Assembly (NCBI GenBank): GCA_964572455.1
Contig: CAZNFL010000004.1
Span: 3,970-67,969 of the forward strand
Source: an uncultured Anaerolineaceae bacterium
GTDB taxonomy: Bacteria; Chloroflexota; Anaerolineae; Anaerolineales; UBA11579
DNA length: 64,000 bases
Reading direction: 5' to 3'
Part shown: piece by piece, positions 55,801-64,000 of the stretch
How positions within the stretch are numbered: the first letter of the stretch is position 1
Layout: the number at the start of each line of letters is the position of its first letter
Notes under the pieces: generated by a model
What the model saw: the letters and a program-made list of their open reading frames with translations, nothing else
What the model was told of the DNA's origin: nothing
The model's database searches: none
Position numbers and translations under genes: made by a program

Positions 55801-55838
55801 GGGACAGGTCTATAGACCTGTCCGCTTTTTCTATTTTT
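55801..55838 (+). terminator. hairpin GGGACAGGTC-tata-GACCTGTCC + T-rich tail (likely folC terminator). Member of a 2-copy hairpin family.
   Basis: Followed by gctttttctattttt. A near-identical hairpin occurs at 61731-61753. Confidence 0.5.
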
Positions 55839-55897
55839 CTCAAGGGGTACCATGTCTGATAAATGTTATGTTTTGACTGAACCAGCTAAGGCTAAAC

Positions 55898-55974
55898 CTT
55901 GTCAAGCCGCTTGACGTCACTTCCGATGAATGGCCATTTTTTCTTCATTTTCAGGTTGGTGGAACCTTGTCAAG
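55898..55974. promoter_or_regulatory. two copies of AACCTTGTCAAG (palindrome CTTGTCAAG) spaced 68 nt apart
   Basis: 55898-55906 and 55966-55974, 160-235 nt upstream of the lipoprotein gene at 56134. Near-copy CTTGACAAT at 55751-55759. Confidence 0.4.
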
Positions 55975-56098
55975 TTGGGTCGGCCCCCCTGTGTGTTTCC
56001 CGGAATAACAATATGGAGCGCTGTCACCTGTCCACGCCTCTAGTAATATCTTCTTTCCTGCTCAGATCGGAACATCTTTGCCTCTACGATCATATTAA

Positions 56099-56127
56099 TT
56101 GGCCTTTTTCCCAATAAATGTGATAAT
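56099..56127 (+). promoter_or_regulatory. putative promoter giving a leaderless mRNA for 56134
   Basis: TTGGCC (56099-56104), 17-nt spacer ending TGt, GATAAT (56122-56127). The ATG begins 7 nt after the -10 element. No SD sequence. Confidence 0.4.
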
Positions 56128-56133
56128 TGCTCT

Positions 56134-57021
56134 ATGAATAAAACCTACGCTTTCGCCGTGCTTTTTGCCCTTTTGCTGCAAGCTTGCTCGCCAGCGGCAA
56201 CGCCTATACCAACCCTCACAAGCTCCCCATTGCCCCCGACCATCGCAGCGCCCACCCAAACCCCGTACGTCATCGTCGTCACCTCTGAACCTACGGCCAC
56301 CGCCACCGAAGGTCCGGTGGACGGTACCCTGGAAGCCATCCTGATCTCCTTGCCCGGCGCTGGCTCGGCGATCACGTCGCCGGTCACGGTCCAAGGCCAA
56401 TCGCGGCCCACCTTTGAGCAAAACCTGGTGGTAGCCGTTTACGACCAGTTCGGCGCAGTAGTCGGCCTAACCTCCACTACCCTGGACTCGCCCGCCGGCA
56501 GCCCCGGTAACTTCAACACCGAAGTCTCCTTCACCGTCGCCTCCGAGCAGCCCGGCCGCGTTTCAGTCTACGAGACCAGCGCTATGGATGGCGGCGTGGT
56601 GCATTTGGCCAGTGAGGAAGTAACCTTGCGCCCTAGTGGTGCCGAGGCGATCGTCCCTGCCGCATTTCATTTCGAGAGCATCCAGATCCAGTTTCCAGCC
56701 GCCAACGATGAACTCAGCGGTGGCACCCTGACCGTCAGCGGTTATTCATATGGCACCTTCGAGTCGAACCTGGGTTTGATGCTGTGCGGCGAGGGCGGCA
56801 GCGGCGCTCCCCATGAGTTGTGCGGCACCGAGGACAATGTCCTGGCCGCCGGAAACGCGCTGATCGACGCGCCTAACATGGGCCAGCCCGGCCCCTTTAG
56901 CGGCGAACTTACCTACAGCGTCAGCGCGCCAACCCACGCCCGTATCATCGTCTTTGCGGCCTCGGCCCGCGATGGCGGGCTCTTGCACGTGAGCAGCATT
57001 CCAGTCATGTTAGTCCCCTAG
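56134..57021 (+). CDS. lipoprotein with two Gmad2-type immunoglobulin-like domains
   Basis: 295 aa. Lipobox LLLQAC. Pro/Thr linker. Repeated ...SPVTVQGQSR.FEQNLVV.VYD... and ...LTVSGYSYGTFESNLGLML... modules. Confidence 0.5.
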   Translation: MNKTYAFAVLFALLLQACSPAATPIPTLTSSPLPPTIAAPTQTPYVIVVTSEPTATATEGPVDGTLEAILISLPGAGSAITSPVTVQGQSRPTFEQNLVVAVYDQFGAVVGLTSTTLDSPAGSPGNFNTEVSFTVASEQPGRVSVYETSAMDGGVVHLASEEVTLRPSGAEAIVPAAFHFESIQIQFPAANDELSGGTLTVSGYSYGTFESNLGLMLCGEGGSGAPHELCGTEDNVLAAGNALIDAPNMGQPGPFSGELTYSVSAPTHARIIVFAASARDGGLLHVSSIPVMLVP

Positions 57022-57028
57022 GTGAACC

Positions 57029-57835
57029 ATGGCTGACGACAAAAAACCCGTCATCGTAATTACCGGCGCCTCCTCCGGCATCGGCGAGGCCACCGCCCGC
57101 GTCTTTGGCAGCTCTGGCTACCGCGTGGTGCTGGCCGCCCGGCGGCTGGACCGCTTGGAAGCGCTCAAGTCCGAAATTGAAAGCCAGGGCGGCGCCGCGT
57201 TGGCCGTGGAAACCGATGTCAGCTCAGCGGCCGCCTTGCAAGGCTTGGTGGAACAAACCCTGTCAGCCTACAGCCAGATCGACATTCTTTTTAACAATGC
57301 CGGCTTCGGGCGCACCAAGTGGCTTGAGGAGATGGATCCTGAAAAAGATATCGCCGCCCAGATCCAGGTAAACCTGACCAGTGTGATCCTGGCCTCGCGG
57401 GCCGTGCTGCCCCACATGATCGGGCGCAAGGCCGGGCATATCATCAACATGTGCTCACTGGCCGGCTTCGTGGCCACGCCCACCTACACGGTATACGCCG
57501 CCACGAAATTTGGCGTGCGCGGCTTCAGCGACGCGCTGCGCCGCGAAGTGGGCGTGTGGGGTATCAACGTGTCCGTCATCTATCCCGGGGGCGTGTCCAC
57601 TGAATTTGGGCAACATATGCAGGCTGAACGCAAGACCAAAATAAAGACTCCCAAGGCGCTGCTGCTCACCGCCGATGATGTGGGGCGCGCCGTATTGGCC
57701 GCCGCCAGGAAGCCCGTGCGGGCGCGCATATTGCCGGGCATCTCTCGCGTCGGCGTTTTATTCGCCGCCGCTTTCCCTGGCATCAACGATTGGATTATCG
57801 AACGGACGTTTACAAAGCCAGAGCGGGGATTGTAG
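57029..57835 (+). CDS. short-chain dehydrogenase/reductase (classical SDR)
   Basis: 268 aa. TGASSGIGEA, NNAG and YAATK motifs. Confidence 0.85.
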   Translation: MADDKKPVIVITGASSGIGEATARVFGSSGYRVVLAARRLDRLEALKSEIESQGGAALAVETDVSSAAALQGLVEQTLSAYSQIDILFNNAGFGRTKWLEEMDPEKDIAAQIQVNLTSVILASRAVLPHMIGRKAGHIINMCSLAGFVATPTYTVYAATKFGVRGFSDALRREVGVWGINVSVIYPGGVSTEFGQHMQAERKTKIKTPKALLLTADDVGRAVLAAARKPVRARILPGISRVGVLFAAAFPGINDWIIERTFTKPERGL

Positions 57836-57851
57836 GGAGGATACTCTTAGT

Positions 57852-57938
57852 GTCATTCTGAGGCAGCCGCCATCCTGAGCGAAGTCGAAGGATTCGCGAG
57901 CCGAAGAATCCTTACTGCGCTGTCTTCCGAAATACCTA
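57852..57938 (+). repeat. dispersed CTGAG...CGAAG hairpin element, copy B
   Basis: gtcattctgaggcagccgccatcctgagcgaagtcgaaggattcgcgagccgaagaatccttactgcgctgtcttccgaaatacct. Confidence 0.8.
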
Positions 57939-58049
57939 ATGCTGCAAGTCTAGGCAAAGGCTCAGCTAGTTTATTTTTTGAATTATTGTGCCAGTTAGCG
58001 GGGATCGAAAATATTTATAGAGATTCGTCGTAAGGCAGCACTACTAAGC

Positions 58050-58541
58050 TTATTCTGGAGATTTCGCCTCGGCGGGCTGGCCGGATTTCTTGTCTTCCTG
58101 TTGCTGGATCACAGCCCGGATGCCGTTACGTACCTGGTTCAGCACGCGTTCCAGTTCCATTTCCAGGTTGGTCAGCACTTCGATGACGTAGTCATCGGCT
58201 TGCTGGCGGGTAGCCTCGCCGTCCAGCTCAGCCTGGTGGATGATCTGCTTGGCGCGGTCTTCCGCCGAGGCGACGATGGAATCACGTTCCACCAGCCCCT
58301 GGCTCTTCTCTTTGGCCAGCTGCAAGGTGCGCTGGGCTTCCTCGGTGGCTTGCGCCAACGTGCGGTCACGCTCGGCGATCAGTTTTTGGGCCTTCTTGAC
58401 CTCGTCGGGAATGGCCACCCGCATCTGGTCGATGAGGTCCAGCATTTTGTCCTCATCCACGATCACGTTATTGGTAAGCGGGATGGGACGGCTCTTGTTA
58501 AAGAGCTCTTCCAAGTGGTCGACTAATTGGAGAATGTCCAT
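58050..58541 (-). CDS. coiled-coil protein, function unknown
   Basis: 163 aa from ATG 58541. Charged heptad-rich sequence. Downstream of coaD on the same strand. Confidence 0.5.
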   Translation of the reverse strand: MDILQLVDHLEELFNKSRPIPLTNNVIVDEDKMLDLIDQMRVAIPDEVKKAQKLIAERDRTLAQATEEAQRTLQLAKEKSQGLVERDSIVASAEDRAKQIIHQAELDGEATRQQADDYVIEVLTNLEMELERVLNQVRNGIRAVIQQQEDKKSGQPAEAKSPE

Positions 58542-58652
58542 ATGGGTTACGGGTGCAAGTTGTGAGCCAAGGTTAGTTCCCAAGCTTATACGCAAATAGT
58601 TTGTGCGTCAACTCGGTTGAGTCGGCAAGTTGCAAGGCTGGAATAGAGCAGG

Positions 58653-59180
58653 TTAATCCCTGGGGGGACTTGCCATGTACTCGGCTTCGCCGTTCCTTTT
58701 GATCTCAGCGAAGCGCTCCGCCAGGGCCTTGTTGACGTGCGCCGGCACCATGCCGCCCACGTTGCCGCCCAGCGAAGCGATCTCCCGCACGGTCGTCGAC
58801 GACAGGAAGGAATGCTCTTTGCTGGTAATGAGCGACACCGTTTCGATATCCGGCGCCATTTGGCGGTTGGCCAGGGCCATGCGGAATTCATACTCGAAGT
58901 CCGAAAGCACGCGCAGCCCACGCACAATCACCTGCGCGCCGACTTTGCGAGCGAAGTCCACGGTGAGCCCATGGTAAAGCATCACTTTGACCTTCGCCTG
59001 CTTCTTGAAGGTCTCCTGCACCAACGCCAGGCGGGTTTTAGTGGGCAAGAGCAGGGATTTCAGTGGGGTTTCGTATACGCCCACCACAACCTCGTCGAAT
59101 AGCAGGGCGGCGCGCTCGGCGATGTCGATATGGCCGTTGTGGATCGGGTCGAACGTTGCGGGGAACAGGGCTCGCATCAT
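58653..59180 (-). CDS. coaD: phosphopantetheine adenylyltransferase
   Basis: 175 aa. FPATFDPIHNGHIDI (T/HxGH). The start overlaps the recG stop. Confidence 0.9.
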   Translation of the reverse strand: MMRALFPATFDPIHNGHIDIAERAALLFDEVVVGVYETPLKSLLLPTKTRLALVQETFKKQAKVKVMLYHGLTVDFARKVGAQVIVRGLRVLSDFEYEFRMALANRQMAPDIETVSLITSKEHSFLSSTTVREIASLGGNVGGMVPAHVNKALAERFAEIKRNGEAEYMASPPRD

Positions 59181-61702
59181 TAGCTAGGGTCTCCCTTGCC
59201 GTCGCTGAGGTAGATCTTGAGCGCGGCGGCTAGTGGCTGGTGTTCGGGCTTGCTCAGGGCGGGGTCGCCGGCCAGCAGCTCCTCGGCATGGCGGCGGGCT
59301 TTATCGATCAGCCGCCCGTCGCTCAGCGAGGCCAGGCGGAAATCCAGGAAGCCGGACTGCTGCCTGCCGATGAACTGGCCGGGGCCGCGCTGCTGCAGGT
59401 CCTTTTCAGCAAGCATAAAGCCGTCGTTGCTTTCCAGCAAGGCCTGCAGGCGCTCGTTTTCGGCGGCCTCGTCGCTATCGGGGATCAGGATGCAATAGGA
59501 TTGGTCTGCCCCGCGGCCCACCCGGCCGCGCAGCTGGTGCAGCTGCGCCAACCCGAAGTGGTTGGCGCCCTCGATGAGCATCACCGAGGCATTGGGGATG
59601 TCCACACCCACTTCAATCACCGTGGTGGAGACCAGCACCTGGGCCTTGCCATCCCGGAATGCCGCCATGGCCTTTTCCTTATCCTCGGCGGGCATGCGGC
59701 CATGCAGCAGTTTTAGTTTGAGATCGGGGAAGACTTCTTTCTTCAGGCGTTTTTCTTCCTCGACGGCGGCTTTGCGTTGGCTGTTTTCGCCCTCCTCATC
59801 CTCGTCGCTGTCGATGAGCGGATAAATGATAAAAGCTTGCCGCCCGGCCTCTATTTCGTTGCGGACTAGCTGGTAAGCGCGCTGCCGCTCCCGCGGCAGC
59901 ATGAGCTGCGTGGTTACCGGGCGGCGGCCAGGCGGCAACTCGCCGATCACGCTGAGGTCCAGGTCACCATACAGTGTGAGCGCCAACGAACGTGGGATGG
60001 GCGTGGCGGTCATCACCAGCAAATGAGGATTGGTCCCTTTGCTGCGCAGCGCGGCCCGCTGCCCCACGCCGAAACGGTGCTGCTCGTCGATCACCACCAT
60101 CTCCAGCTCGGCGAATAGGATCGGGTCTTCGATCAACGTGTGGGTGCCTACCACAACTTTGATGCTGCCCTCGTGTAAGCCCTGGCGAATCTCTTCTTTT
60201 TCAGCCTCGGGCGTGCTGCCCACAATGAGCCGCAATTCGCCAGCCTGCAAGCCGGCTTCGCCGACCAGCAGCTTGCTCAGCGTGACGTAATGCTGCTCTG
60301 CCAGAATGCTGGTGGGCGCCATGATCGCCGCCTGGGCGCCCTGGCGCGCCACCGCCGCCATGCATATGGCGGCCACTACTGTCTTGCCGGAACCCACATC
60401 GCCTTGCAGCAGCCGGTTCATCGGCCGCCCGGAATCCATATCCCGCAGCAAATCCGCCAGTGCGGTCTGCTGCGCCCCGGTCAGCGCGAAGGGCAGCCGG
60501 GCGATTTGGTCTTGCAGCCAGGCTTCCGGCGCGTCGAAGCGGCGGGCCGCCTTGCCCTGCCACAGCTGCTTTTGCATCAGCACCGCCAGCTGCATCAGCA
60601 GCAGCTCTTCAAAGGCCAGGCGCTGGCGGGCCGCTTGCAACTTCTCCATCGATTCGGGGAAGTGGGCTTGCAATAAGGCTTCAGCCAGCGGCACGACCTG
60701 CGCGGAGGAGACCAGCGCCTGCGGCAGTGGGTCGGGAACCCGCGGCGCCCAATAGCTAACCACGCGCTTCATCAGGCCGCGCAGCCAGCGCTGGCCCAGG
60801 TCAGCGGCCAGCGGGTAAACCGGCACGATGCGGCTGGTGTGCAACTGCTCTTTATCCAGCAGGTCCCACTCAGGGTTGCTGAGCGTCAGGCGGCCCTGGA
60901 ACTGCTCCACTTGCCCGGCCAGCACCACCTCGTCGTCCACATGCAGGTTGCGCGTCATCCAGGGTTGGTTGAACCAGGTGACGCGCAGCGCCCCGCTGCC
61001 ATCGTCCACAATGACCTCGGTGATGCTGCGCTTGCTTTTCACCGGCCGGTTGGTGATTGCCTTGATCGTGCCGGCAATGGTTACCGGCCGCCCGTATAGC
61101 AAGGAGGAGATGGGAGTCAGCTGGCTGTAATCTTCGTAGCGGCGCGGAAAATGATAGAGCATGTCGCCCAGCGTGTTGATGCCCAGGTTTTCCAAGCGCT
61201 TGGCGTTCACGCTGCCCACGCCGTAAAGCACGGTCGTGGGCGCGTCCAGGGCAGTCGGGCCGCCTTCGGCCCGCGGCCGCGGCGGGGAAGCTTTCCGCCT
61301 TTTGGGTTTGGGCTCCGCTTTAGCCGGGGTTTTACCGGCAGCTTTGGTCGCGGCTTTCGCCGCAGGTTTCGCTGGCTGCGATTTAGCCGGACTTGGCTGT
61401 TTGGCGGCTGGCTTCTGGGGTGGGGCAGGCTTGCCGTTTTGGGCGAGATCGCCCACCTCGCCTTCGATGCGGCGCCAAAGCTCGATCAGTGTCCTTTGGC
61501 GCTCGACGGGCGTCTGGTTTTCGTAGCCGCGCAAGCGCGCGCCAATAGCCAGGATCAGATCTTCGCCCAAGCCCTCGGCGCGCGCCTCGGCTTCCCAGCT
61601 TTGCAGGCCCTTGTACAGGCCGCCAAAGACTGAGCGGTTGTCATATTTGCGCTCCGCTTCAAGCCGGAAGAACTTCTTCAGCTTGAGGATGGAAGGCTTC
61701 AT
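59180..61702 (-). CDS. recG: ATP-dependent DNA helicase RecG with about 155-aa N-terminal extension
   Basis: 840 aa. GVGSVNAKRLENLGI...FPRRYED wedge region begins only at about aa 160. Helicase motifs GDVGSGKT, DEQHRFG and TATPIPR. Confidence 0.92.
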   Translation of the reverse strand: MKPSILKLKKFFRLEAERKYDNRSVFGGLYKGLQSWEAEARAEGLGEDLILAIGARLRGYENQTPVERQRTLIELWRRIEGEVGDLAQNGKPAPPQKPAAKQPSPAKSQPAKPAAKAATKAAGKTPAKAEPKPKRRKASPPRPRAEGGPTALDAPTTVLYGVGSVNAKRLENLGINTLGDMLYHFPRRYEDYSQLTPISSLLYGRPVTIAGTIKAITNRPVKSKRSITEVIVDDGSGALRVTWFNQPWMTRNLHVDDEVVLAGQVEQFQGRLTLSNPEWDLLDKEQLHTSRIVPVYPLAADLGQRWLRGLMKRVVSYWAPRVPDPLPQALVSSAQVVPLAEALLQAHFPESMEKLQAARQRLAFEELLLMQLAVLMQKQLWQGKAARRFDAPEAWLQDQIARLPFALTGAQQTALADLLRDMDSGRPMNRLLQGDVGSGKTVVAAICMAAVARQGAQAAIMAPTSILAEQHYVTLSKLLVGEAGLQAGELRLIVGSTPEAEKEEIRQGLHEGSIKVVVGTHTLIEDPILFAELEMVVIDEQHRFGVGQRAALRSKGTNPHLLVMTATPIPRSLALTLYGDLDLSVIGELPPGRRPVTTQLMLPRERQRAYQLVRNEIEAGRQAFIIYPLIDSDEDEEGENSQRKAAVEEEKRLKKEVFPDLKLKLLHGRMPAEDKEKAMAAFRDGKAQVLVSTTVIEVGVDIPNASVMLIEGANHFGLAQLHQLRGRVGRGADQSYCILIPDSDEAAENERLQALLESNDGFMLAEKDLQQRGPGQFIGRQQSGFLDFRLASLSDGRLIDKARRHAEELLAGDPALSKPEHQPLAAALKIYLSDGKGDPS

Positions 61703-61730
61703 TTGGGTATTTTATCAACCGATCGGAGTA

Positions 61731-61753
61731 GGGACAGGTTTAGAAACCTGTCC
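61731..61753. repeat. hairpin GGGACAGGTT-taga-AACCTGTCC (second family member)
   Basis: Lies between the degV stop and the recG start. Differs from 55801-55823 by a compensatory C-G to T-A change at the stem top. Confidence 0.6.
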
Positions 61754-61787
61754 TCTTGGGTTTCTAAGCCTACCCTATGAGGGGCTT

Positions 61788-62627
61788 TTACCTTTCCAAC
61801 GCGAACACGCCCAGGCTGTGCGGCCCGATAAAGCTGGCGAAGGGCGCATTGATGATCTGCTCGCTGATAGGTACTTCGCTTCCCTCCTCGTGCAGGCGTT
61901 CGCGCAAGGCGCGCGTCTCCTGCTCAAAGGCCGGGGAGCCCTGCATCAAGGCTACGTGCTTCAAGTCGATGAATTCGGACAAGAACTCGAAGAGGATATC
62001 CACCAAATGGCGCGGGTTGCGCGCTTTTTGCGTGGGCACCAGCTCTCCCTCCTCCAAGGTGTATACCTGGGTGATGCGCAGATATTCCCCCACTACCGCC
62101 TGGGACGGGTTGACGTGGCCGCCGCGTTGCAAATAGGTCAGGCCCGGGATGCACAGCAGCCCATAGATCTTGGGGACCAGGCTGCGTGCAAACAGGTCCA
62201 GGTCCCCCAAGCCCATGCCGCCCTCTGCAGCTTCGGCGGCGGCTTGCACAATGAAACCGAGGCCCAATGAGACCGTGGCGCTGTCCACGACGCGCACCGG
62301 CACGATGCCATGCAAGGCCGCCGCGGCCGTTTGCGCCGCCAGGTTGGCGTTGCTGAAGCGCGAGGCATGCAAGATCGCCAAGACCCCGCCATAGTGGGCG
62401 CCCAGTTGTTTAAAGAACTTTTCGAACTCGGCGGCGCTGGGCGTGGCGAGGAGCGGGGCCGGGTTGCCTTGCAGAGATTCAGGGAAATCCGCCGCTTTGA
62501 TCCGGTCGGGCTGCGCGCTGGCTCCGTTCTGCCAACTTTCCGGCAGCAAATGGACGCGGGCGCGCCCTGGGAACACAGGATTGGGGAACAGCGCGGTGCT
62601 GTCGCTTACGATGCAAACAGAAGGCAT
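61788..62627 (-). CDS. DegV-family fatty-acid-binding protein
   Basis: 279 aa. N-terminal IVSDSTALFP. C-terminal ...IGPHSLGVFA. Confidence 0.8.
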   Translation of the reverse strand: MPSVCIVSDSTALFPNPVFPGRARVHLLPESWQNGASAQPDRIKAADFPESLQGNPAPLLATPSAAEFEKFFKQLGAHYGGVLAILHASRFSNANLAAQTAAAALHGIVPVRVVDSATVSLGLGFIVQAAAEAAEGGMGLGDLDLFARSLVPKIYGLLCIPGLTYLQRGGHVNPSQAVVGEYLRITQVYTLEEGELVPTQKARNPRHLVDILFEFLSEFIDLKHVALMQGSPAFEQETRALRERLHEEGSEVPISEQIINAPFASFIGPHSLGVFALER

Positions 62628-62632
62628 GCGCG

Positions 62633-64000
62633 TTATTCGACCGAGAAGATGAATTGGTAGTGGGGCTGCCCGCCTTCGTACACTTCCACTTCTAGTTTCT
62701 TGAACGCTTTGCGAATGGCAGCCGCGATGGACTCTGTCTCCGCCTGGCGCAGATCTTCACCGAAAAACATGGTGATGATCTCAGCCTGGTCGGCGCCCAT
62801 CTTTTTCAATAGTTCCACACAGCTTGTTTCCAGGTCTTCGGAGGAGATCGCCAGTTTTCCATTGTGCAAGCCAATGATCTGTCCGATCTTGACCTTGACG
62901 CCATCCAATTCAACGTCGCGGCTGGCCGTGGTGATTTCACCGCTTTGCACTTGGGAGATGGCTTCCTCCATCTCCTTAGCTATGGTTTCAAGATCGCCCT
63001 TGGGATTATGGCGCAGCAGAGCGGCCAGACCTTGCGGGATGCTCTTGCTGGAAATCACCATGGCCTTTTTCCCGGTTAACTCGGCCGCTGATTTGGCGGC
63101 TGGAATAATGTTCTTGTTGTTGGGCAGGATGATGACCTTATCCGTGGGCAAGTCCTCGAAAGCCTTCAGCAGGTCCGCCGTGCTGGGGTTCATGGTTTGC
63201 CCGCCCTCCACAATGGCCGCCGCGCCTAATTCGGCGAAATGGCGGGCGATGCCGCGGCCGGGGGCCACCGCCACCACCGCGATCTGGCCTTGTTCAACCG
63301 GAGCAAATTTGAGCGGTCCCTGGCCGGCTTTGGCGCTGATCTCATCCATCTGGGCCATTAAGTTTTCCATCTTGATGTTCGTCCAGGTGCCCAATGTTTC
63401 CACGTAATCAATGGGCTCCTGCCGTTTGTCCACCGGAACATGGATATGCATGCGGTACATGCCCTCGCCTTCACCGACCTGGATCGAGGTGCCCATCTTT
63501 TCCAATTCATCATAGAAATGCTGCAGGTCTAAAGCCTTGTCGGGGCGAAAGTCGATCACGATCTCGTAATCCTGCCCTTCTTCAACGGCTTCCAGGGTGC
63601 CTTCCAATTTCATCGCGCTGATCGGCAGGGCCAGCGTCTCGGCTATCTTGAGCTGGTGGCCTTCCACCCAGCGCAGCATGCCTTCCAGGAGGTAGCTGAG
63701 TCCCTTGCCGCCTGAATCCACCACCCCGGCTTGCTTAAGGATCGGCATCAGTTCTGGGGTGCGAGTGACAGAGTCCTTGGCGCCTTGCAACACTTTCCGC
63801 AGCAGGGTGATCGGGTCGGCGCCAGCCTTAACCGCCTCTTCGGCAGCGGCGGCCATGTCTTTGGCCACAGTGAGGATAGTGCCCTCTACCGGGCGCCCGA
63901 CTCCCTTGTAGGCCGTGTCCCGGGCGGAGGCAAAGGCGGCGGCCAGGTCCTGCGATGTCAACGTGCGCTTACCCTCGACGGAACGGGCGAAGCCGCGCCA
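62633..64000 (-). CDS. DAK2-domain protein (YloV-like), partial; N-terminus beyond window
   Basis: The frame stays open to nt 64000, and the track M at 63961 is a TTG. C-terminus ...GGQPHYQFIFSVE. The yloV-degV-recG-coaD order resembles Firmicutes. Confidence 0.8.
   Translation of the reverse strand, partial: WRGFARSVEGKRTLTSQDLAAAFASARDTAYKGVGRPVEGTILTVAKDMAAAAEEAVKAGADPITLLRKVLQGAKDSVTRTPELMPILKQAGVVDSGGKGLSYLLEGMLRWVEGHQLKIAETLALPISAMKLEGTLEAVEEGQDYEIVIDFRPDKALDLQHFYDELEKMGTSIQVGEGEGMYRMHIHVPVDKRQEPIDYVETLGTWTNIKMENLMAQMDEISAKAGQGPLKFAPVEQGQIAVVAVAPGRGIARHFAELGAAAIVEGGQTMNPSTADLLKAFEDLPTDKVIILPNNKNIIPAAKSAAELTGKKAMVISSKSIPQGLAALLRHNPKGDLETIAKEMEEAISQVQSGEITTASRDVELDGVKVKIGQIIGLHNGKLAISSEDLETSCVELLKKMGADQAEIITMFFGEDLRQAETESIAAAIRKAFKKLEVEVYEGGQPHYQFIFSVE

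Noticed and set aside
57029-57835. SDR as a DprE2-like partner of the DPPR-synthase homologue
   Set aside because: It is a generic classical SDR 35 kb away from the UbiA gene, with no DprE1-like flavoenzyme nearby. The link would be pure speculation.
1-64000. Prophage, IS element, integrase, tRNA/rRNA genes
   Set aside because: None were recognised by eye on either strand. The AT-rich islet has no integrase, tRNA or obvious direct repeats. tRNAscan, Infernal or ISfinder runs would be needed to exclude small RNA genes formally.

Overview
High-GC (>60% G+C by eye) bacterial chromosomal segment. It is most consistent with a Chloroflexota (Anaerolineae-like) genome; this is an inference from the Chlor_Arch_YYY/DUF2298 proteins, MVK+IPK, lipoprotein-rich secretome and gene order, and no database search was possible. 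About 45 credible protein genes were identified by motif recognition only. Housekeeping genes: prfA-prmC-tsaC, sbcC, ppdK, tlyA, greA, cmk-plsC fusion, rpoC, phnDCE, folC, coaD, recG, degV, yloV. Accessory-looking blocks: (i) 7.5-16.4 kb is a paralogue-rich island of secreted cell-wall-active enzymes: 3x LysM + LasA-type M23A peptidase, 2x SGNH-like proteins with GDC in place of GDS, and a Tat-exported beta-lactamase-fold fusion. (ii) 26.3-38 kb is an operon of four giant GT-C-like/Chlor_Arch_YYY membrane proteins of unknown function. It carries two copies of a 57-nt structured-RNA-like motif with compensatory stem changes, and lies near a DPPR-synthase-like UbiA prenyltransferase plus MVK/IPK. 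(iii) nt ~100-900 is an AT-rich islet. Several short dispersed repeat families sit in intergenic DNA: tandem arrays of the palindromic octamer GATTAATC abutting stop codons; a CTGAG...CGAAG hairpin element in about 5 loci; a GGGACAGGT hairpin pair; and the 9-bp palindrome CTTGTCAAG. I recognised no rRNA, tRNA, CRISPR array, IS element, integrase or prophage, though tRNA and small RNAs cannot be excluded by eye. Many long ORFs in the track are antisense artefacts of high GC. My best candidate for a previously undescribed system is the GT-C/YYY operon with its twin RNA motif. The secreted lytic-enzyme island is second. Both are hypotheses.
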